DNA of 64,000 nucleotides from Eledone cirrhosa (GCA_964016885.1 OZ024740.1:349928001-349992000), one strand, 5' to 3'. Positions 1-19,446 are shown, counted from the stretch's first letter. Made by a program: numbers and translations. Notes: generated from the sequence alone by a model not told the origin.

Positions 1-1575
1 AGTGGCAACATCTACTCTAGGATTAAAGTAAACGGCTACCTCTCGGAGCCGTTTCAAATCACCCGATCCATCAGACAGGGGTGCCCCCTCTCCTCCCTTC
101 TGTACGTATTGACTCTCGAGCCACTGCTGCGGAAGTTGGAGTTGCTGCGGGGCATACCCCTGGAACCGGGATTGCACAAAGCGGTCTCGGCCTATGCCGA
201 CGACGTAACAGTAATGGTGGCGGACGCCTCGGAAATCGGGGCGATCGCCACCCTACTGGAGGAATACGAAAGGCTGACGGGGGCTAAGCTGAACCAGGAC
301 AAGTCAGTCGGTTTGCAACTCGGAACGTGGAGGGGCAAACCGATGCCGTTAGACGGTGTCGTCGGGCGGTGGACGGAGGGCCCGGTGAAGCTGCTCGGGG
401 TCTGGTTCGGACCGGACCTCCAGGTGGAGAAGAATTGGGGCGAGGTGACGAGCAGGGTGTTTGCGCTGACCCAGAAGTGGGCCAAGTGCAAACTATCACT
501 GAAAGGTCGGGCGGAGGTGACGAACGCTTACATAGCGTCCGTCATCTACTACCGCCTGACCGTCGTGCCTTGCCCCAAGGAAAAGCTCACCATCATGGAA
601 CGCATGCTCTTCCAGTTCCTCTGGAAGAAGCGGCCTCCCATGGTGAGGAGATCCATCTGCTGCCAGCACCCTTCGAAAGGAGGGCTGGGTATGCCGTGGC
701 TGTTGATGCGTAGGCACGCATTGAGGCTACGGCATCTACAGGTATTCCTCAACGGTCAGCCGGTGTGGGCCCCGTTTGTGAGGCGAGCCTTCCCACAGCT
801 CGTCTCGCTCACCGAACTGCAATCCTGGGTGAAGCAAAGACCGAGAAAACTGGGCAACTGGCACACCGAGTGTGCCCAGGCGCTCACGGCTATCTGGCAA
901 GCGGACCCGACTGTCAGTGGAGAATCCACCTCGACATTCTATAGAGGGTTGGTGGCTAGCAGGGGCGACGACACCCTTGGAGAGTCGCTAGGCATGGAGG
1001 AGGACGAACTGGCCAGCCTGTTCGGTAGAACTTTCGGCCCGGGACCCATGGATAACTTCCAGAGGTCCCTAGCCTGGCAGTGTTACCGGGGGGCTCTGCC
1101 CGTTCGAGAAAAGCTCTACAGACACGGGCGCCCGGGCAGGGATCCCGCGAAAAAGATCTGTCCCAGATGCGTGCGCGACGAGGAAACCGTTGCGCATGCA
1201 CTGGTACACTGCCCGGGCGTTGCCGATCTGTGGGGCTACGTCGAACGACTGCTGTCGCGTGTGGCGCCGATTCGATTAACCGCCGAGTCTGTGGTGAACA
1301 TCAAGCCGCCTCCTCCCTTCAGAAATGAAGCAGAGGCGGTCTTTCTGTGCGTAATAGCCATGATGAAAGAGGTTGTGTGGTGGACGCGCCTGAAAGGTCT
1401 GAGGTCGGGTGACTTTCTCTCCGGCCATCACCTGGTTTACTTCTTCCGATACCACTTCGGAAGAAGAATCAGGATGGAGAGAGAAGTGCTTGGTCCCAGA
1501 CAGTTTTATGAAAGGTGGGTGAAAGAAGCGAGAATGGCCCGTGTAAATGGGCCTTCTCTCTACATTGTTCTGTAG
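1..1575 (+). CDS. ORF2 C-terminal half (RT + CCHC zinc finger), 5'-partial
   Basis: Frame 1 reads SGNIYSRIKVNGYLSEPFQITRSIRQGCPLS into the 109..1575 ORF. Confidence 0.9.
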   Translation, partial: SGNIYSRIKVNGYLSEPFQITRSIRQGCPLSSLLYVLTLEPLLRKLELLRGIPLEPGLHKAVSAYADDVTVMVADASEIGAIATLLEEYERLTGAKLNQDKSVGLQLGTWRGKPMPLDGVVGRWTEGPVKLLGVWFGPDLQVEKNWGEVTSRVFALTQKWAKCKLSLKGRAEVTNAYIASVIYYRLTVVPCPKEKLTIMERMLFQFLWKKRPPMVRRSICCQHPSKGGLGMPWLLMRRHALRLRHLQVFLNGQPVWAPFVRRAFPQLVSLTELQSWVKQRPRKLGNWHTECAQALTAIWQADPTVSGESTSTFYRGLVASRGDDTLGESLGMEEDELASLFGRTFGPGPMDNFQRSLAWQCYRGALPVREKLYRHGRPGRDPAKKICPRCVRDEETVAHALVHCPGVADLWGYVERLLSRVAPIRLTAESVVNIKPPPPFRNEAEAVFLCVIAMMKEVVWWTRLKGLRSGDFLSGHHLVYFFRYHFGRRIRMEREVLGPRQFYERWVKEARMARVNGPSLYIVL

Positions 1576-1806
1576 GTGAAGAAGTGAAGAGGAAAGGGGG
1601 AGCGCCTCCTCTCTGGGCTTCCCCCGCGAAAAGAGTTGCACACTTTTCGGGGTATGTGCAATCCCCAACACGCCCCCTCCCTTTTGAGGACTTTTTATTG
1701 TTATATTATTATTGTTATTCCTTTTTTCTTTACTCGATTTATGTAAACTCCCCCACTGTGTAAATGTCCCCTTCTTTTGTGCCCTCGTGGCAAATAAATA
1801 GAAATT
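1..1806 (+). mobile_element. Tx1-clade non-LTR retrotransposon copy A1 (3' part, runs off window start)
   Basis: Frame open 1-1575 with RT motifs QGCPLS and YADD and C-terminal CPRC-x8-H-x4-C; 3' UTR ending in AATAAA followed by (CTAT)n. Confidence 0.93.
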
Positions 1807-1822
1807 TATCTATCTATCTATC

Positions 1823-1901
<79 letters not shown>

Positions 1902-1905
1902 ATAT
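1807..1905 (+). repeat. (CTAT)n microsatellite, Tx1 target
   Basis: Direct read. Confidence 0.98.
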
Positions 1906-2207
1906 CTGAAAGGTGGGTGAATGAAGCGAAAATGGCCCGAGTGATTGGGCCTTCTCTGTTTATAAGCCTGTAGGTTGAGGAAGAGAGCAAAAGGAAGAAA
2001 GGAGCACTTGCACAACACGCTCCTCGAGTTGAGGGTTGTTCTATCGACGGGGTATTAAACAACCCATTTGTGGCGCCTCCCCCCTATTGGGGATTTCGAT
2101 TGTTGAAATTGTTTGTTTTTATATTTTTTACACGACTGTATGTAAAATCCCCGGCATGTCTTTGTATTGTCCCCTTTCTTGTTGCGCCCTTGTGGCTAAT
2201 AAAGAAA
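1906..2207 (+). mobile_element. Tx1 copy A2, heavily 5'-truncated (about 300 bp)
   Basis: ERWVNEAKMARVIGPSLFISL* plus a 3' UTR nearly identical to those at 44186-44420 and 56282-56515. Confidence 0.92.
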
Positions 2208-2227
2208 TCTATCTATCTATCTATCTA

Positions 2228-6935
<4,708 letters not shown>

Positions 6936-7215
6936 AACGTCCAGTTATCAAGATATTCAGAACCTCAGCATCTTTGTTGGCGAAATGAAAATTGGACTTG
7001 AAAGTAGTACAGTGCCTTACATATTACCTGTCTGACAGCGACTGGAGCATTCAGCAATCTCGACAAAAATCACGCATGCATATGAATGCGTCAGCTGCAC
7101 ATATTTTCTCCCTAACATTATTATACATTTTGATGGATCTTGTACATATATATATATATATATGAAAGACGTAAAATAAGAAAATTATAAAAATTAAATT
7201 ACTTACTAAAATTTC

Positions 7216-7299
7216 ACTCCAACTAATTAGTTTCTGAAAGGGAATAAAAAACATGGTTTCCGAATGGAACATGGAGAATACCTTTCGTCATCAGGAAGT
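7216..7299 (-). ncRNA. Type I hammerhead ribozyme, 53-nt stem II
   Basis: ACUUC-CUGAUGA-[GAAAGG...CCUUUC stem]-GAAAC-UAAUUA-GUU^GGAGU; palindromic stem III AACUAAUUAGUU. Confidence 0.82.
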
Positions 7300-7746
7300 C
7301 AATTCTCAGCTAAGTTCCTGGGCGATGCCTGGACACAGGGAACTTATACAAAAATAATTCACTGGATGGAAAAAAGCAAGCGAGGACTAAATTCCAGGAC
7401 ATTGAAAAAGTCACTGCCTACTTGGTCGGTGGCAAATTCAAAAGAATCAATCACGTGACATCGAGGTTAATCAGTGAGGAGTGGGGTGTTAATAAGACAG
7501 TAGCCGGACTATTACTATGAACTATAGTAGTAGTTTTGGCAAATTTTTGCTCAACAAAATAATTTGGAGGTAATTATAAAGAATTAGTATATCTACCAAC
7601 ATATATATACATATGTATACCTATGCTAGCAAATATATAGGTTTTGTCTTAGTAACTTTGTGGTTCAATGCAAGGGGATGCAGAACAATTATATGAAAGA
7701 CGTAAAATAAGAAAATTATAAAAATTAACTTACTTACTAAAATTTC

Positions 7747-7827
7747 ACTCCAACTAATTAGTTTCTGAAAGGGAATAAACATGGTTTCTGAATGGAACAT
7801 GGAGAATACCTTTCGTCATCAGGAAAT
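7747..7827 (-). ncRNA. Type I hammerhead ribozyme (second tandem copy)
   Basis: Same fold as 7216-7299, stem I AUUUC/GGAGU. Confidence 0.82.
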
Positions 7828-8329
7828 CAATTCTCAGCTAAGTTCCTAGCCGATGCGTGGACACAGGGAACTTATACAAAAATAATTCACTGGCTGGAAA
7901 AAAGCAAGCGAGGACTAAATTCCAGGACATTGAAAAAATCACTGCCTACTTGGTCGGTGGCAAATTCAAAAGAATCAATCACGTGACATCGAGGTTAATC
8001 AGTGAGGAGTGGGGTGTTAATAAGACAGTAGCCGGACTATTACTATGAACTATAGTAGTAGTTTTGGCAAATTTTTGCTCAACAAAATAATTTATATATA
8101 TGTATATATATGTTGGTAGATATACTAATTCTTTATAATTAACTCCAAATTATTTTGTTGAGCAAATATTTGCCAAAACTACTACTATAATTTTCTTATT
8201 TTACATCTTTCATATAATTGTTCTGCATCCCCTTGCATTGAACCACAAAGTTACTAAGACAAAACCTATATATTTGCTAGCATAGGTATGCATCTGTATA
8301 TATATATGTTGGTAGATATACTAATTCTT

Positions 8330-9061
<732 letters not shown>

Positions 9062-11160
9062 GGGTTCCACGAAAGAGTGCTGAATTTCTATAACAATAAA
9101 TATAAATGTTACATACCTGATTGCATGTAGCAGTAGGTGTGTATTTATATAGTCGAGATGTTAATATAAATAAATCGACTGATCTATGTCTTTATAAACA
9201 ACTGGCATATTATATTATTATTGTATCCCACTGTTCAATATATATGCATATAATTTGACACAATATACACAGATCTGAACAATAACTACAGTAAATATAT
9301 CATATACTATGAAGCATTATCACATCATTCCTCAATATTTGAATTGAAACAAATGTGAATGGTAAATACAAACTAATGAAAATCGTAGGAGAGTGGCATT
9401 GAATAGATTAAACCTTTTACCTACAAAGTTAATATAATAAATCGTGAGCTTATATTTATAAAATTGTTTTATAGAATTACAGGATTTTTATTTATAGAGA
9501 TATATTGATAACTGGAAAAGAAATTCTGCTACATTTTGAAAAGTTTCGTGAAGGATGTTAAATATATACGGCTGGAATTTAAAACCAATTCACTGACTCG
9601 ATTCACCCTGAAGTAATTGAGCCCCATCAAGAGTCTTTTAATCGTTCGGGATTACTTGTCAACTCCAAAGTTATACATTCTCAGTGCTAGTCGCTCATTA
9701 AATCCTCGTCCTCCATGCAATGTTTTGACAATCTAATCTTCAATGTTTTGGGGAGCTGAACTGCTGACAACATTTTTATCATCGTAGGTGGCTGGTCTTC
9801 CAGAAGTATTAGATGATGCTCGTGGGGCTGCTTGGCTGCTCTATTGGCTTAGACTTGCGATTTTCCGTGGTAAAGTTGATGTTTTCTTGACTTAAATACA
9901 TTTTAGAGAGCATGGCAGACATTCCATATGTGTAACTTGAGTGTGCTCGTGTCTTGTTTATCTGATTCATTTTTATTGATTGTTTCTTTTGTAAATCATA
10001 AACATTATAGAAATTTAATATGATATTAATATACTTATAATATAAAATTCTAATTTCGTGGTTGTATGAGTTCGTATACGAACCCTAAAAGATAATCATA
10101 TCTCAAAATATTTTAGTAACTTTTTCAGAATCAAGAATCGATAAACGATATATTTTATCAGAAAGAAAATGTTCTCCCTTATTACAGTGATAATTGCTGT
10201 TGAAAATAGTCTCCATAAGATCGCTCCTTCATAAACTTTTAGTCTGGTAATTAAGGTTACAATATGGCAAACGGAAAGTACATTATTATTTTCGTATATT
10301 ACAAAATAACATAACAAATAAAACGAAACAAATCAAAAGAAAATAAGGAAAATGTTATTACAGCATAATAAAACACTTAATGTTTGGACCAGGCCTGTAT
10401 TTATTTACTTAGAATTGTTGGGGAGTTTGTATTTTAAGCCTGACATTATGAATTTATTTACTTTTAATGTTATATCATGGCGTTAAGAAACATATCTATA
10501 CGTGGCAATTGAATATCAAATTAAGCCAACCCCTCTATTTAACCTGCACTATATTAATTACTTACACATATTTAAATGTCCGACAGTGACGCGTTTCTGC
10601 TTTTTCAAAGGACATTAGCGGCATAATTAAAATATATAATGCTTTCCAACCGCCGCCCTCTCAATAATCAAAAGCAAACTGATACACCTCACTCCTCATC
10701 ACTTACTTGTATCCAGCTCAAACCACATAATCTTAACTTTCTCGCCAGCACATTCTCCTGTCATGCTGATCTTATTAGTTGAAGTCGAAGATTGACTTGA
10801 AGTGAAACAATGATAACTGCAATAGCAGCAAGAACGAAAAACAGCAACAACAACAATAATAACAGCTACAGTAACCACAACAGTATCATCAACACTAACA
10901 GTAACATTAGTAACAACCTCTTCAAGTAAACACCTACCAACACTAATAACAACTAATGATATATGAGAAATAACTACTTCCCTTCAAATTCTCAATTCCG
11001 TTTAAAATAGCAATGATATATATAATGGAAGTAGTCTTAGACACACTATGGGTGGAACAAAAGATCGAATGATCATAGCTCTGTTCAATCAGGGTTCAAA
11101 AATAACAACAACAGCAACAACGACAACGTAAGGTGTCAAAAGAAAATTCAAGTAAAATAT

Positions 11161-11263
11161 AATTGTTTCTACTTTTGGCACAAGGCCAGTAATTACCCAG
11201 TACATTACTGGTACTTTATTTTATCGACCCCGTAAGGATGAAAGGCAAAGTTAACCTCGACGA
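11161..11263 (-). mobile_element. tRNA-derived SINE, 3' part
   Basis: Reverse complement of the 3' part of 18431-18623. Confidence 0.85.
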
Positions 11264-11568
11264 ATGAATACCAAATATGAACTTGCAGTAGACCAGAGAG
11301 AGAGAGTAATGTATTAGAATTGAGTCTATTTTCACCTCCATCAGAAGTGTTTATTGATGCAAACAAATATGCAACACTACTTAATGTGTTGCCATGAATT
11401 GACTTGTTTTTCCCCCGGCACCATTCTTATATTTAATATATAATAGTGAATGTGTTGGTTGGTTCGTCCGGTGTCAGATGCTGTGCTTAGCATGTAGAAA
11501 GAGAGGTATAGAGAGTAAAAGACGGATAGAGAGAGAATTATCATATGGGTTGAAATAGGTGTATATAT

Positions 11569-11755
11569 AATTGTTTCTACTTTTGGCACAAGGCCAGCAA
11601 ATACCCAGTGCATTACTAGTGCTTTATATTATCGACTCCGTAAGGATGAAAGGCAAAGGTAACCTCGGCGGGATTTAAACTCAGATCATAAAGGGCCGTA
11701 ACTCTATGCTGCAAAGCATGATGTCCAACTCTCTACCGATACTGCCAATCCAGCT
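11569..11755 (-). mobile_element. tRNA-derived SINE
   Basis: A-box TGGCAGTATCGG and B-box-like GAGTTTAAATCCC on the minus strand; shared 3' tail. Confidence 0.88.
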
Positions 11756-11800
11756 GAATAGTGAGAGAGATAGTGTTAAAGGAACGAATGCTGGACACCG

Positions 11801-12497
11801 TACACACACATACATGCACACACACACACACATACACACACACATACATACACACACACACATACACTCACTCACACACATATACACCCCCCCGCACAGA
11901 CAATCGCATGTATTCATGCACGCATACACACATTCGCATGTATACACGCACATATACTCACACACACACACTCTCAAACACACACAATCGCATGTATACA
12001 CAGGCACACATACACACTCACACACATACACATACACACACTAAGACATAATCACATGTATACACGCACACATACTCACACACACACACTCGCACACACT
12101 CTCAAACACACGCAATCGCATGTATACACACATACATACACACACACACACACATACACACACTCACAGACAATCGCATGTATTCATGCACGCATACACA
12201 CAATCGCATGTATACACGCACACATACTCACACACAAACACTCGTACACATACACGCACACATTCTCAAACACACACACAATCGCATATATACACACGCA
12301 CCCCCACTCACATACACACACTCACACAATCGCATGTATATACACACACACACATACACACCCACTCATACACATACGCACACTCACACACATACACAAT
12401 CGCATGTATATAAACACACATACACTCACACACACATACACACGCTCATACACACACACACACACAATCGCATGTATACACGCAGTCATACACGCAA
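11801..12497. repeat. CA-rich compound minisatellite
   Basis: Recurrent CAATCGCATGTAT motif (about 10 copies) in degenerate (CA)n. Confidence 0.85.
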
Positions 12498-12761
12498 GTT
12501 AATGTAATCCGTGGAAGACATGCTCGTACAGAATTGTTTTCTTTTCACACTTAAACCTTTTTGACAAAAAATGGAACATTGTTCTTTTTATTAATGGTCG
12601 TTGGAATATTTTTCTTTTTGTTGCTTATATTGTACTCAATATAATGTATTTTGGGGCACCAAGAATAAACATATATTCCATGAAATGCACATCAGAGTCA
12701 AACTTTGGTGCATTGCAATATCCGAAATGGTAATCGGTATTTATTTTTTGGAGGACGAAAG

Positions 12762-13097
12762 GATAATGACAGAAAGAATGCGTTCGGCTGAAATGAGGTT
12801 ACTCAGAAGGGTATTTGGGGGTAACTTTACTCGATAGAATGCGTAGCTAGGAGATCAGAGAGTCATTCCAGGTAGAGCTGCTACTTCTCCGAATTGAGAG
12901 ATCACAGCTCCGATACTATGGGCATGTGGTTAGAATATCTCAGGAAAGAATCGCTAGACAGATTTTGCGGGCAAAACCAACCGGCAGGAGACCCAAAGGT
13001 AGACTCCGAGCAAGACAGTTGAAGGAGGAGGAGGAAGAAGAAGAAGATGAAGAAGAAGAAGAAGAAGAAGAAGAAGAAGAAGAAGAAGAAGAAGAAA
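12762..13097 (+). mobile_element. RTE-like LINE 3' fragment followed by (GAA)n
   Basis: Frameshifted peptide AEMRLLRRV...LRIERSQLRYYGHVVRISQERIARQIL..KPTGRRPKGR, typical of RTE-clade C-termini. Confidence 0.7.
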
Positions 13098-13573
13098 GCA
13101 GTACAGTTACGATGATCAATGATAGTAAGAACTACAATGTAGCTGCTATAGCGCATATTTTTAGAGCGAATGATTTCATGATAACTATATTTCAATTGGC
13201 TTCAATGTACACGTGATTTGACAGGGTAAGACTTCTATAACTACGGAATGACATACAGGAAGAAATTGAAGCTCTGGAGCCAGGCATGTTAAGAGCCATC
13301 ATGGAAAATGACGTAGAAGAGTGTGCTTGTGAAACGGAAAATATATCATTCATTTGATATCAGTTTGGTATATTAAAAGAAATTTTCTGTAATTCTATGA
13401 CAAGAAAAAAAAATTACAAACAAAACATTATTCTATTTCAGACTTATGACCCCCCCCCCCCCCACACATACACACAAACACACACACACACAAACACACG
13501 CACATACAGACACATACACATAAACCCACAAACACTCTCATGCACACACACATGTAATATATATAGTATTGCA

Positions 13574-13663
13574 TGTGTCCGAAGAATTTGCAGATCTAGA
13601 ATCAGACAGATCCATACAATGATCTTGTCTCGAGCTATCTGCCGGCGAAACAATTGTAACACA
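13574..13663 (+). ncRNA. Type I hammerhead ribozyme, U4C core variant, 61-nt stem II
   Basis: UGUGU-CCGAAGA-[GCAGAU/AUCUGC, AGACA-GAUC/GAUC-UGUCU]-GAAAC-AAUU-GUA^ACACA. Confidence 0.75.
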
Positions 13664-13785
13664 CAACAAACTGAGTCCAGATGCATCACTGATTTTTCGT
13701 TTTATATTATATCACACTCTGCTCTGTAAGAAAATAGAGTGCTCAACTGGCATACCGCCTATGGAAGCATCATAGCTATCATTAA

Positions 13786-13924
<139 letters not shown>

Positions 13925-13948
13925 AGTGGTTTCACAACAGTTAGTTCA

Positions 13949-13998
13949 CCATACCGAGAACAATTGTTTCACCTTAGCGGATCCTCAGCTCGTAATGG
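13949..13998 (-). ncRNA. Minimal type I hammerhead ribozyme in the PLE 3' pLTR
   Basis: CCAU-UA-CGAG-CUGAGGA-U-CC-GCUAA-GG-U-GAAAC-AAUU-GUU^CUCG-GU-AUGG; about 165 nt after the EN stop. Confidence 0.9.
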
Positions 13999-14161
13999 AC
14001 ATGGTTATACTGAATAGGCAGGACAACCGTACGAACGCGCATGCGCAGAAACGATCACTTCACACAGGCAATACTAAATTGCGTGCGAGAGGTGTAAAGG
14101 GAGATAACTGCGAAAGTCCGAAAGTTTCTGGTTGATAAGAAAATTAGGATGTTGTTGTAAT

Positions 14162-14587
14162 TCAATCCGGAGCTTCGTAGTTATGTAAGAGGTGTTTGCA
14201 GACGTGTGGACAACGTGTGAAGAATTCATTTCTCGTGTTTAGGCAATCACTATTGCGTAATCTCTTTAGAATATTTATTCGTTCATCAATACACAGTCCA
14301 CACGACGGATTGCCCCTTGCGTATGGCTTGGACTTAGTGATGGCTTTCCATTGAATGGAGTAGTCTATACTTGAGTTCTTGAGGAACCATACGTGGCTCG
14401 CGAGTTTCGTGGATGAACGTCTGTCCGCGTACCTAAAGGTCGATTGGTGGTTCAGGAAGCGTTCCTTAAATCGGCCCTCCACCATACCCACATAGGATTT
14501 GACCTCCTGTGGTTGATTTGGTCGGTTGGAAGTGAACACAGCTTCATAAACTACAGCGGGTGTGTTGCATGTTGTTGAAGGGGACAA
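14162..14587 (-). pseudogene. PLE GIY-YIG endonuclease domain
   Basis: 141-aa ORF with VVY/YVG, conserved R and H, and CxxC. Confidence 0.88.
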
Positions 14588-15516
14588 GATTCGGGCTTAC
14601 GGCAAAAGCACCCTGGTAGGGTGTTGCTCTTAGGGTTGTTGGTGATGTGGGCCTTCATGTTCTTAGCGCAGGAGTATCGTAGTTTTACTTTGTGTCGGTT
14701 AAAGATGGGGCGGTATTTATGACCTATGGGAAAGTGTCTATCTAAGAGGGCTAGACATTTTTTGCCTACATTTGTTTTAACGTTGAGTGAGAAGGGAGGA
14801 GAGAACCAGATCGTTTGTCTATTGTTACGCTTTCTTTTCTTATTGCTGTTGTGATAGTGGGAGAGTAAGTGATAGGTTGCGAGAAGCCGCTGTTAGCTAA
14901 CGCCGTGTTATAGTAGGGTGCCGCCCTGTCAAAGATAGCCTTATTAGAGGAGAGTTTTGAGATTCTAGTACTGATATTATTTACGAAGTTTCTAAAAACA
15001 GTGGGAGGGTGGCATGAGTCCTTGTGAATGTAATTGAGTTTTTCGTTTAGCTTATGGAAGGGTCTGTGGGTGTCTGAAGGTCTAAATTAATGTCTAAGAA
15101 ATCTACGCTAGTGAGGTTGGTGGCCACTGTTATCCTAAGTCCTAACACATTGAAGGTAGAAGCTAAGACTTTTTTAAACCGGACGAGGTCGTGACCACTT
15201 TTATGGCTCGATAAGATCAGTCCATCGTCGCGGTATATTCTCGTGTGGAAGTCCGGGAATCTAACATGGAATATGTCTAAAATAAATAGGCCAACCAAGT
15301 CGCATACGTCAGCACTGTCAAACGATCCCATGGAGACGTCGAATAGGTCTGAAGTTGTTGACTTCTTTTCCCAGGCTACTCCGTTGTTGAAGAGGAGGGT
15401 TTTCCGGCAGTGAGGGATGATCTCCCTGTCTAAACCATCGACAGTAGTGTAAGTGGTAGCAAAGTCCAATGGACTGAGTACTCTACCACTACGGATATTA
15501 CCTTCCAGTGTTCTAC

Positions 15517-15841
<325 letters not shown>

Positions 15842-16020
15842 TAATTAACGTTGCTTATATCGCTCTTGCAATTCTTTAATACATCAGTCTAATTCTGACA
15901 TGTACTTTTCCAAAATGGATGACTAACTATACACATGTTTTCCTTCTGAAAAAATTTCAATTTTCTTTCTTTTCTTACTCTCTTCTATCTTTTTTCTGTT
16001 TTCTTCTCTCTTTCATTCTA

Positions 16021-16085
16021 TTTTCCGATGAAGGATTAATGACCGAAACTTTGAGACTATTTTCCTACAGTGTCAAGCGTTAAAC
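16021..16085 (+). ncRNA. Decayed type I hammerhead-like motif (U4C)
   Basis: UUU-CCGAUGA-A-GG...CC-GAAAC...GAC...GUC...CGUU^AAA; imperfect stem III. Confidence 0.45.
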
Positions 16086-16159
16086 AAATATGTACCATGA
16101 CTGTTCTCCACGGGTGGTTTTTTTTCGGAAAAAATCTTTCTCTTTCTCTCTGTCTCATA

Positions 16160-16681
<522 letters not shown>

Positions 16682-17254
16682 AATATGCAATATATTGATT
16701 GCTATATTTTTCTTCTGTTTAGAATCGGTAACATTTGGATAGTGCTCCAGTATGACCTTAGCTCGGACGATTAAACCAAATTAAACAAATTAAACATATG
16801 TGATAGGAGATTTCAAATCTCGGTGTGTGGTTTGGTGCAGATAGTAATTTAAAATCAAAATAATAAAGGAATGAAATATATTCCAATACGAAAAATCAAG
16901 TAAAAAATTGAAAACGAAATATAATAATAATGATAATGATAATAATAAAATATTTGAAAATTACTAAAACAAATTAATTTCATATCAGTTTTCATTTATA
17001 TTGGTATTTCGTTGTTTATAGCAAGGAACTCGAATTTTTCGCTGACATCTGGGAATAAATTTAATAACCCCCTTTTCTACGATAATGTGGCATTAAAGAA
17101 TTTCTTTGATCACCGTGGAGAATTCAGTGTTAGCAATGTTGCATGAATGATATTAATGGTTATGCTAGGAAATGACCCCACACATGATGTATGTTTTAGA
17201 ATAGAATAAAAGCGATCAAGCTCTTTGAAACAAAAAAAAAGTAAATAAATAAAA

Positions 17255-17495
17255 GTGGTGTATCGTAGAATCAGTTGAGCATCGGAAAAAACACCTTGCG
17301 GTATTTAGTTACGGCTCTTTACTTTCTGAATTCAAATCCCGCTGAAACTGAATTTGCCTTTCATCCTTGCGTGGTTGGTGAAATAAATCTTAGTCAAGTA
17401 CTGTGTAGGGGTGGGGTAAAATTGATCGACTATGCTCTTGAAGGAGCTGCTCCAGCATGACCAATTGTCCAAATAGTATAAGAATAAGATTATGA
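17255..17495 (+). mobile_element. Older, diverged SINE of the same superfamily
   Basis: GAATTCAAATCCCGC...TTTGCCTTTCATCC core shared with the young SINEs. Confidence 0.7.
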
Positions 17496-17787
17496 ATACT
17501 ATTTCTAATTTTGTCCTACGAGAACAGTACATAAGTGAGCGGTGTATTGGATTATAAACGTTATCACCTTTAAATTACAAATAAAGGTCCTCAGTTCGAG
17601 TACTCATTTGTGCCTGGAGATCAAACCAATCAAATCGTTATATAGCCTGGTTCCCTATAATGTGATTATGAGCTCGATCACATTGCGCGGCACCCTATGC
17701 CTTCTGGCTTAATTTCGGGTTGAACAGTGTCTTGTGAGCATAATTTGTAGAAGTCCATTCTGTCTAAACCCCCCCCCCCCTCTCTCA

Positions 17788-17902
<115 letters not shown>

Positions 17903-18430
17903 ATAAGGAGAGGAGGAGTCACATTTAATCAGTAAAATGATAGTAAAATAATAAGGCAAATAAGACAGAAAAAAGAGAAAGAAAGAAGCAAAATTTGATT
18001 TACTACATTTATCAACGACAGACATTAAAACGAATCATAACAAAACAAAAGGAAACCGATGATAGAAGCAGTAGAGTTTCTGTATGTCTGAGTTGTAATC
18101 TCGATTGGGTTCACTTTGACTTCCATTCGTCTGTAGCTTATAAGACATGTACGTTCAGCATAACATATTACTGGCAATTCAACTGTAGGTTATTTCACCA
18201 TAACCACTCAGAAATATTTGCCATACGAAAGACTAAAGAGAGTTGTAAAATATAAATCATCTAGCATTATACAAATAATTTGTAGACATAGCTTCCTCTG
18301 GTGGTGATTAAAAACAAGAAGCGAGTGAAATAGCTCCACTAGGATTAACTGATAGATATTTTTGTTAAAAAGCAGATTGGAGTTCATTGATTCTTTAAAA
18401 TCAATTATTGAAAAACAGCGGACATATTTT

Positions 18431-18623
18431 GGTAGAGGATTGGCAGTATCAGTAGAGGGTAGGACGCCATGCTTTGACGCATAGAGTTACGGTCCTTGCC
18501 ATTCTGAGATCAAATCCCGCCGAGGTTAACTTTGCCTTTCATCCTTTCGGGGTCGATAAAATAAAGTACCAGTAATACACTGGATATTTGCTGGCCTTGT
18601 GCCAAATGTAGAAACAATTATTA
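18431..18623 (+). mobile_element. tRNA-derived SINE, near full length
   Basis: A-box TGGCAGTATCAG, B-box-like GAGATCAAATCCC, tail TTGTGCCAAATGTAGAAACAATTATTA. Confidence 0.9.
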
Positions 18624-18678
18624 GACTTTCTAAGCGAAGCATATTCTATATTCTACTTGGTTGGTGGCAAGAACCAGG

Positions 18679-18810
18679 TATATAATATAATATGATATAA
18701 TATATAATATATTATAATTTAATATAATATAATATGATATAATATAATATGATATATTATAATGTAATATAATATAATATATTATAATATAATATAACAT
18801 GATATATTAT
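18679..18810. repeat. (TATAA)n pentanucleotide repeat
   Basis: Direct read; similar tracts at 19000-19040 and 19782-19862. Confidence 0.9.
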
Positions 18811-18998
18811 AATTGTTTCTACTTTTGGCACAAGGCCAGCAATTACCCAGTACATTACTGGTACTTTATTTTATCGATCCCATAAGGATGAAAGGCAAAG
18901 TTAACCTCGACGGGATTTGAACTCAGACCGTAAAGGGACGTAACTATGCTAGAAAGCATGGCTTCCAACCCTCTACCGATACTGCCAATTCACTGCCC
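18810..18998 (-). mobile_element. tRNA-derived SINE
   Basis: Reverse complement of the SINE consensus. Confidence 0.9.
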
Positions 18999-19039
18999 TT
19001 ATATATTATAATGTAATATAATATTATATATTATAATAT

Positions 19040-19258
19040 AATGGTTTCTTATATAGACACAAGGCCAGTAATTTGGGGGGAAGAGAAAGTCGATTAAATC
19101 GACCCCAGTGCGTGACTGGTACTTTATTTTATCGACCCCATAAGGATGAAAGGCAAAGTTAACCTCGGCGGGATTTGAGCTCAGATCATAAAGAGCCATT
19201 ACTCTATGCTGCAAAGCATGGCGTCCGACCCTCTACCAATACTTCCAATCCACCGCCC
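19040..19258 (-). mobile_element. tRNA-derived SINE, longer subfamily
   Basis: Same head plus an extra GTCGATTAAATCGAC hairpin segment. Confidence 0.88.
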
Positions 19259-19446
19259 TAATATAATATATAATATGGTATCATCAACTATAATAATAGG
19301 AAATGTAAGTATATTTGTCATTCACTGAAGGGGCGATGACTAGGGAAGGAAGGGGTTGTTGTTAAAACTATACAAAACAGCGACCAATTTTCTAAGATTC
19401 GCTACACTTATGTGTATATGTAGCGAATTGGCTACACATATTGGCT

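Larger units (their letters stand above)
13925..15475 (-). mobile_element. Penelope-like element, 5'-truncated and frameshifted (Naiad-like by motif, tentative)
   Basis: RT pieces [38 protein letters not shown]; linker CFCRKPESCP; GIY-YIG VVYEA...YVG...FKERFLNH...CGLC; HHR in the 3' region. Confidence 0.9.

Noticed and set aside
7264-7986. Duplicated 64-aa ORF MEHGEYLSSSG...
   Set aside because: Short, antisense to the HHR unit, no recognisable motif
9059-10088. Possible TIR pair CAGGGTTC...GAACCCTA
   Set aside because: Only about 7 bp match, no clear TSD or transposase
10583-10625. GAAACGCGUC hammerhead half on the minus strand
   Set aside because: No intact CUGANGA and no stem I
12670-12760. 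VKLWCIAIS..VIGIYFLEDE, resembling a Tc1/mariner transposase scrap
   Set aside because: Too short and degenerate to support
17550-17600. CUGAGGA with a 6-bp stem II on the minus strand
   Set aside because: GAUA in place of GAAA and no stem I; at best a dead copy
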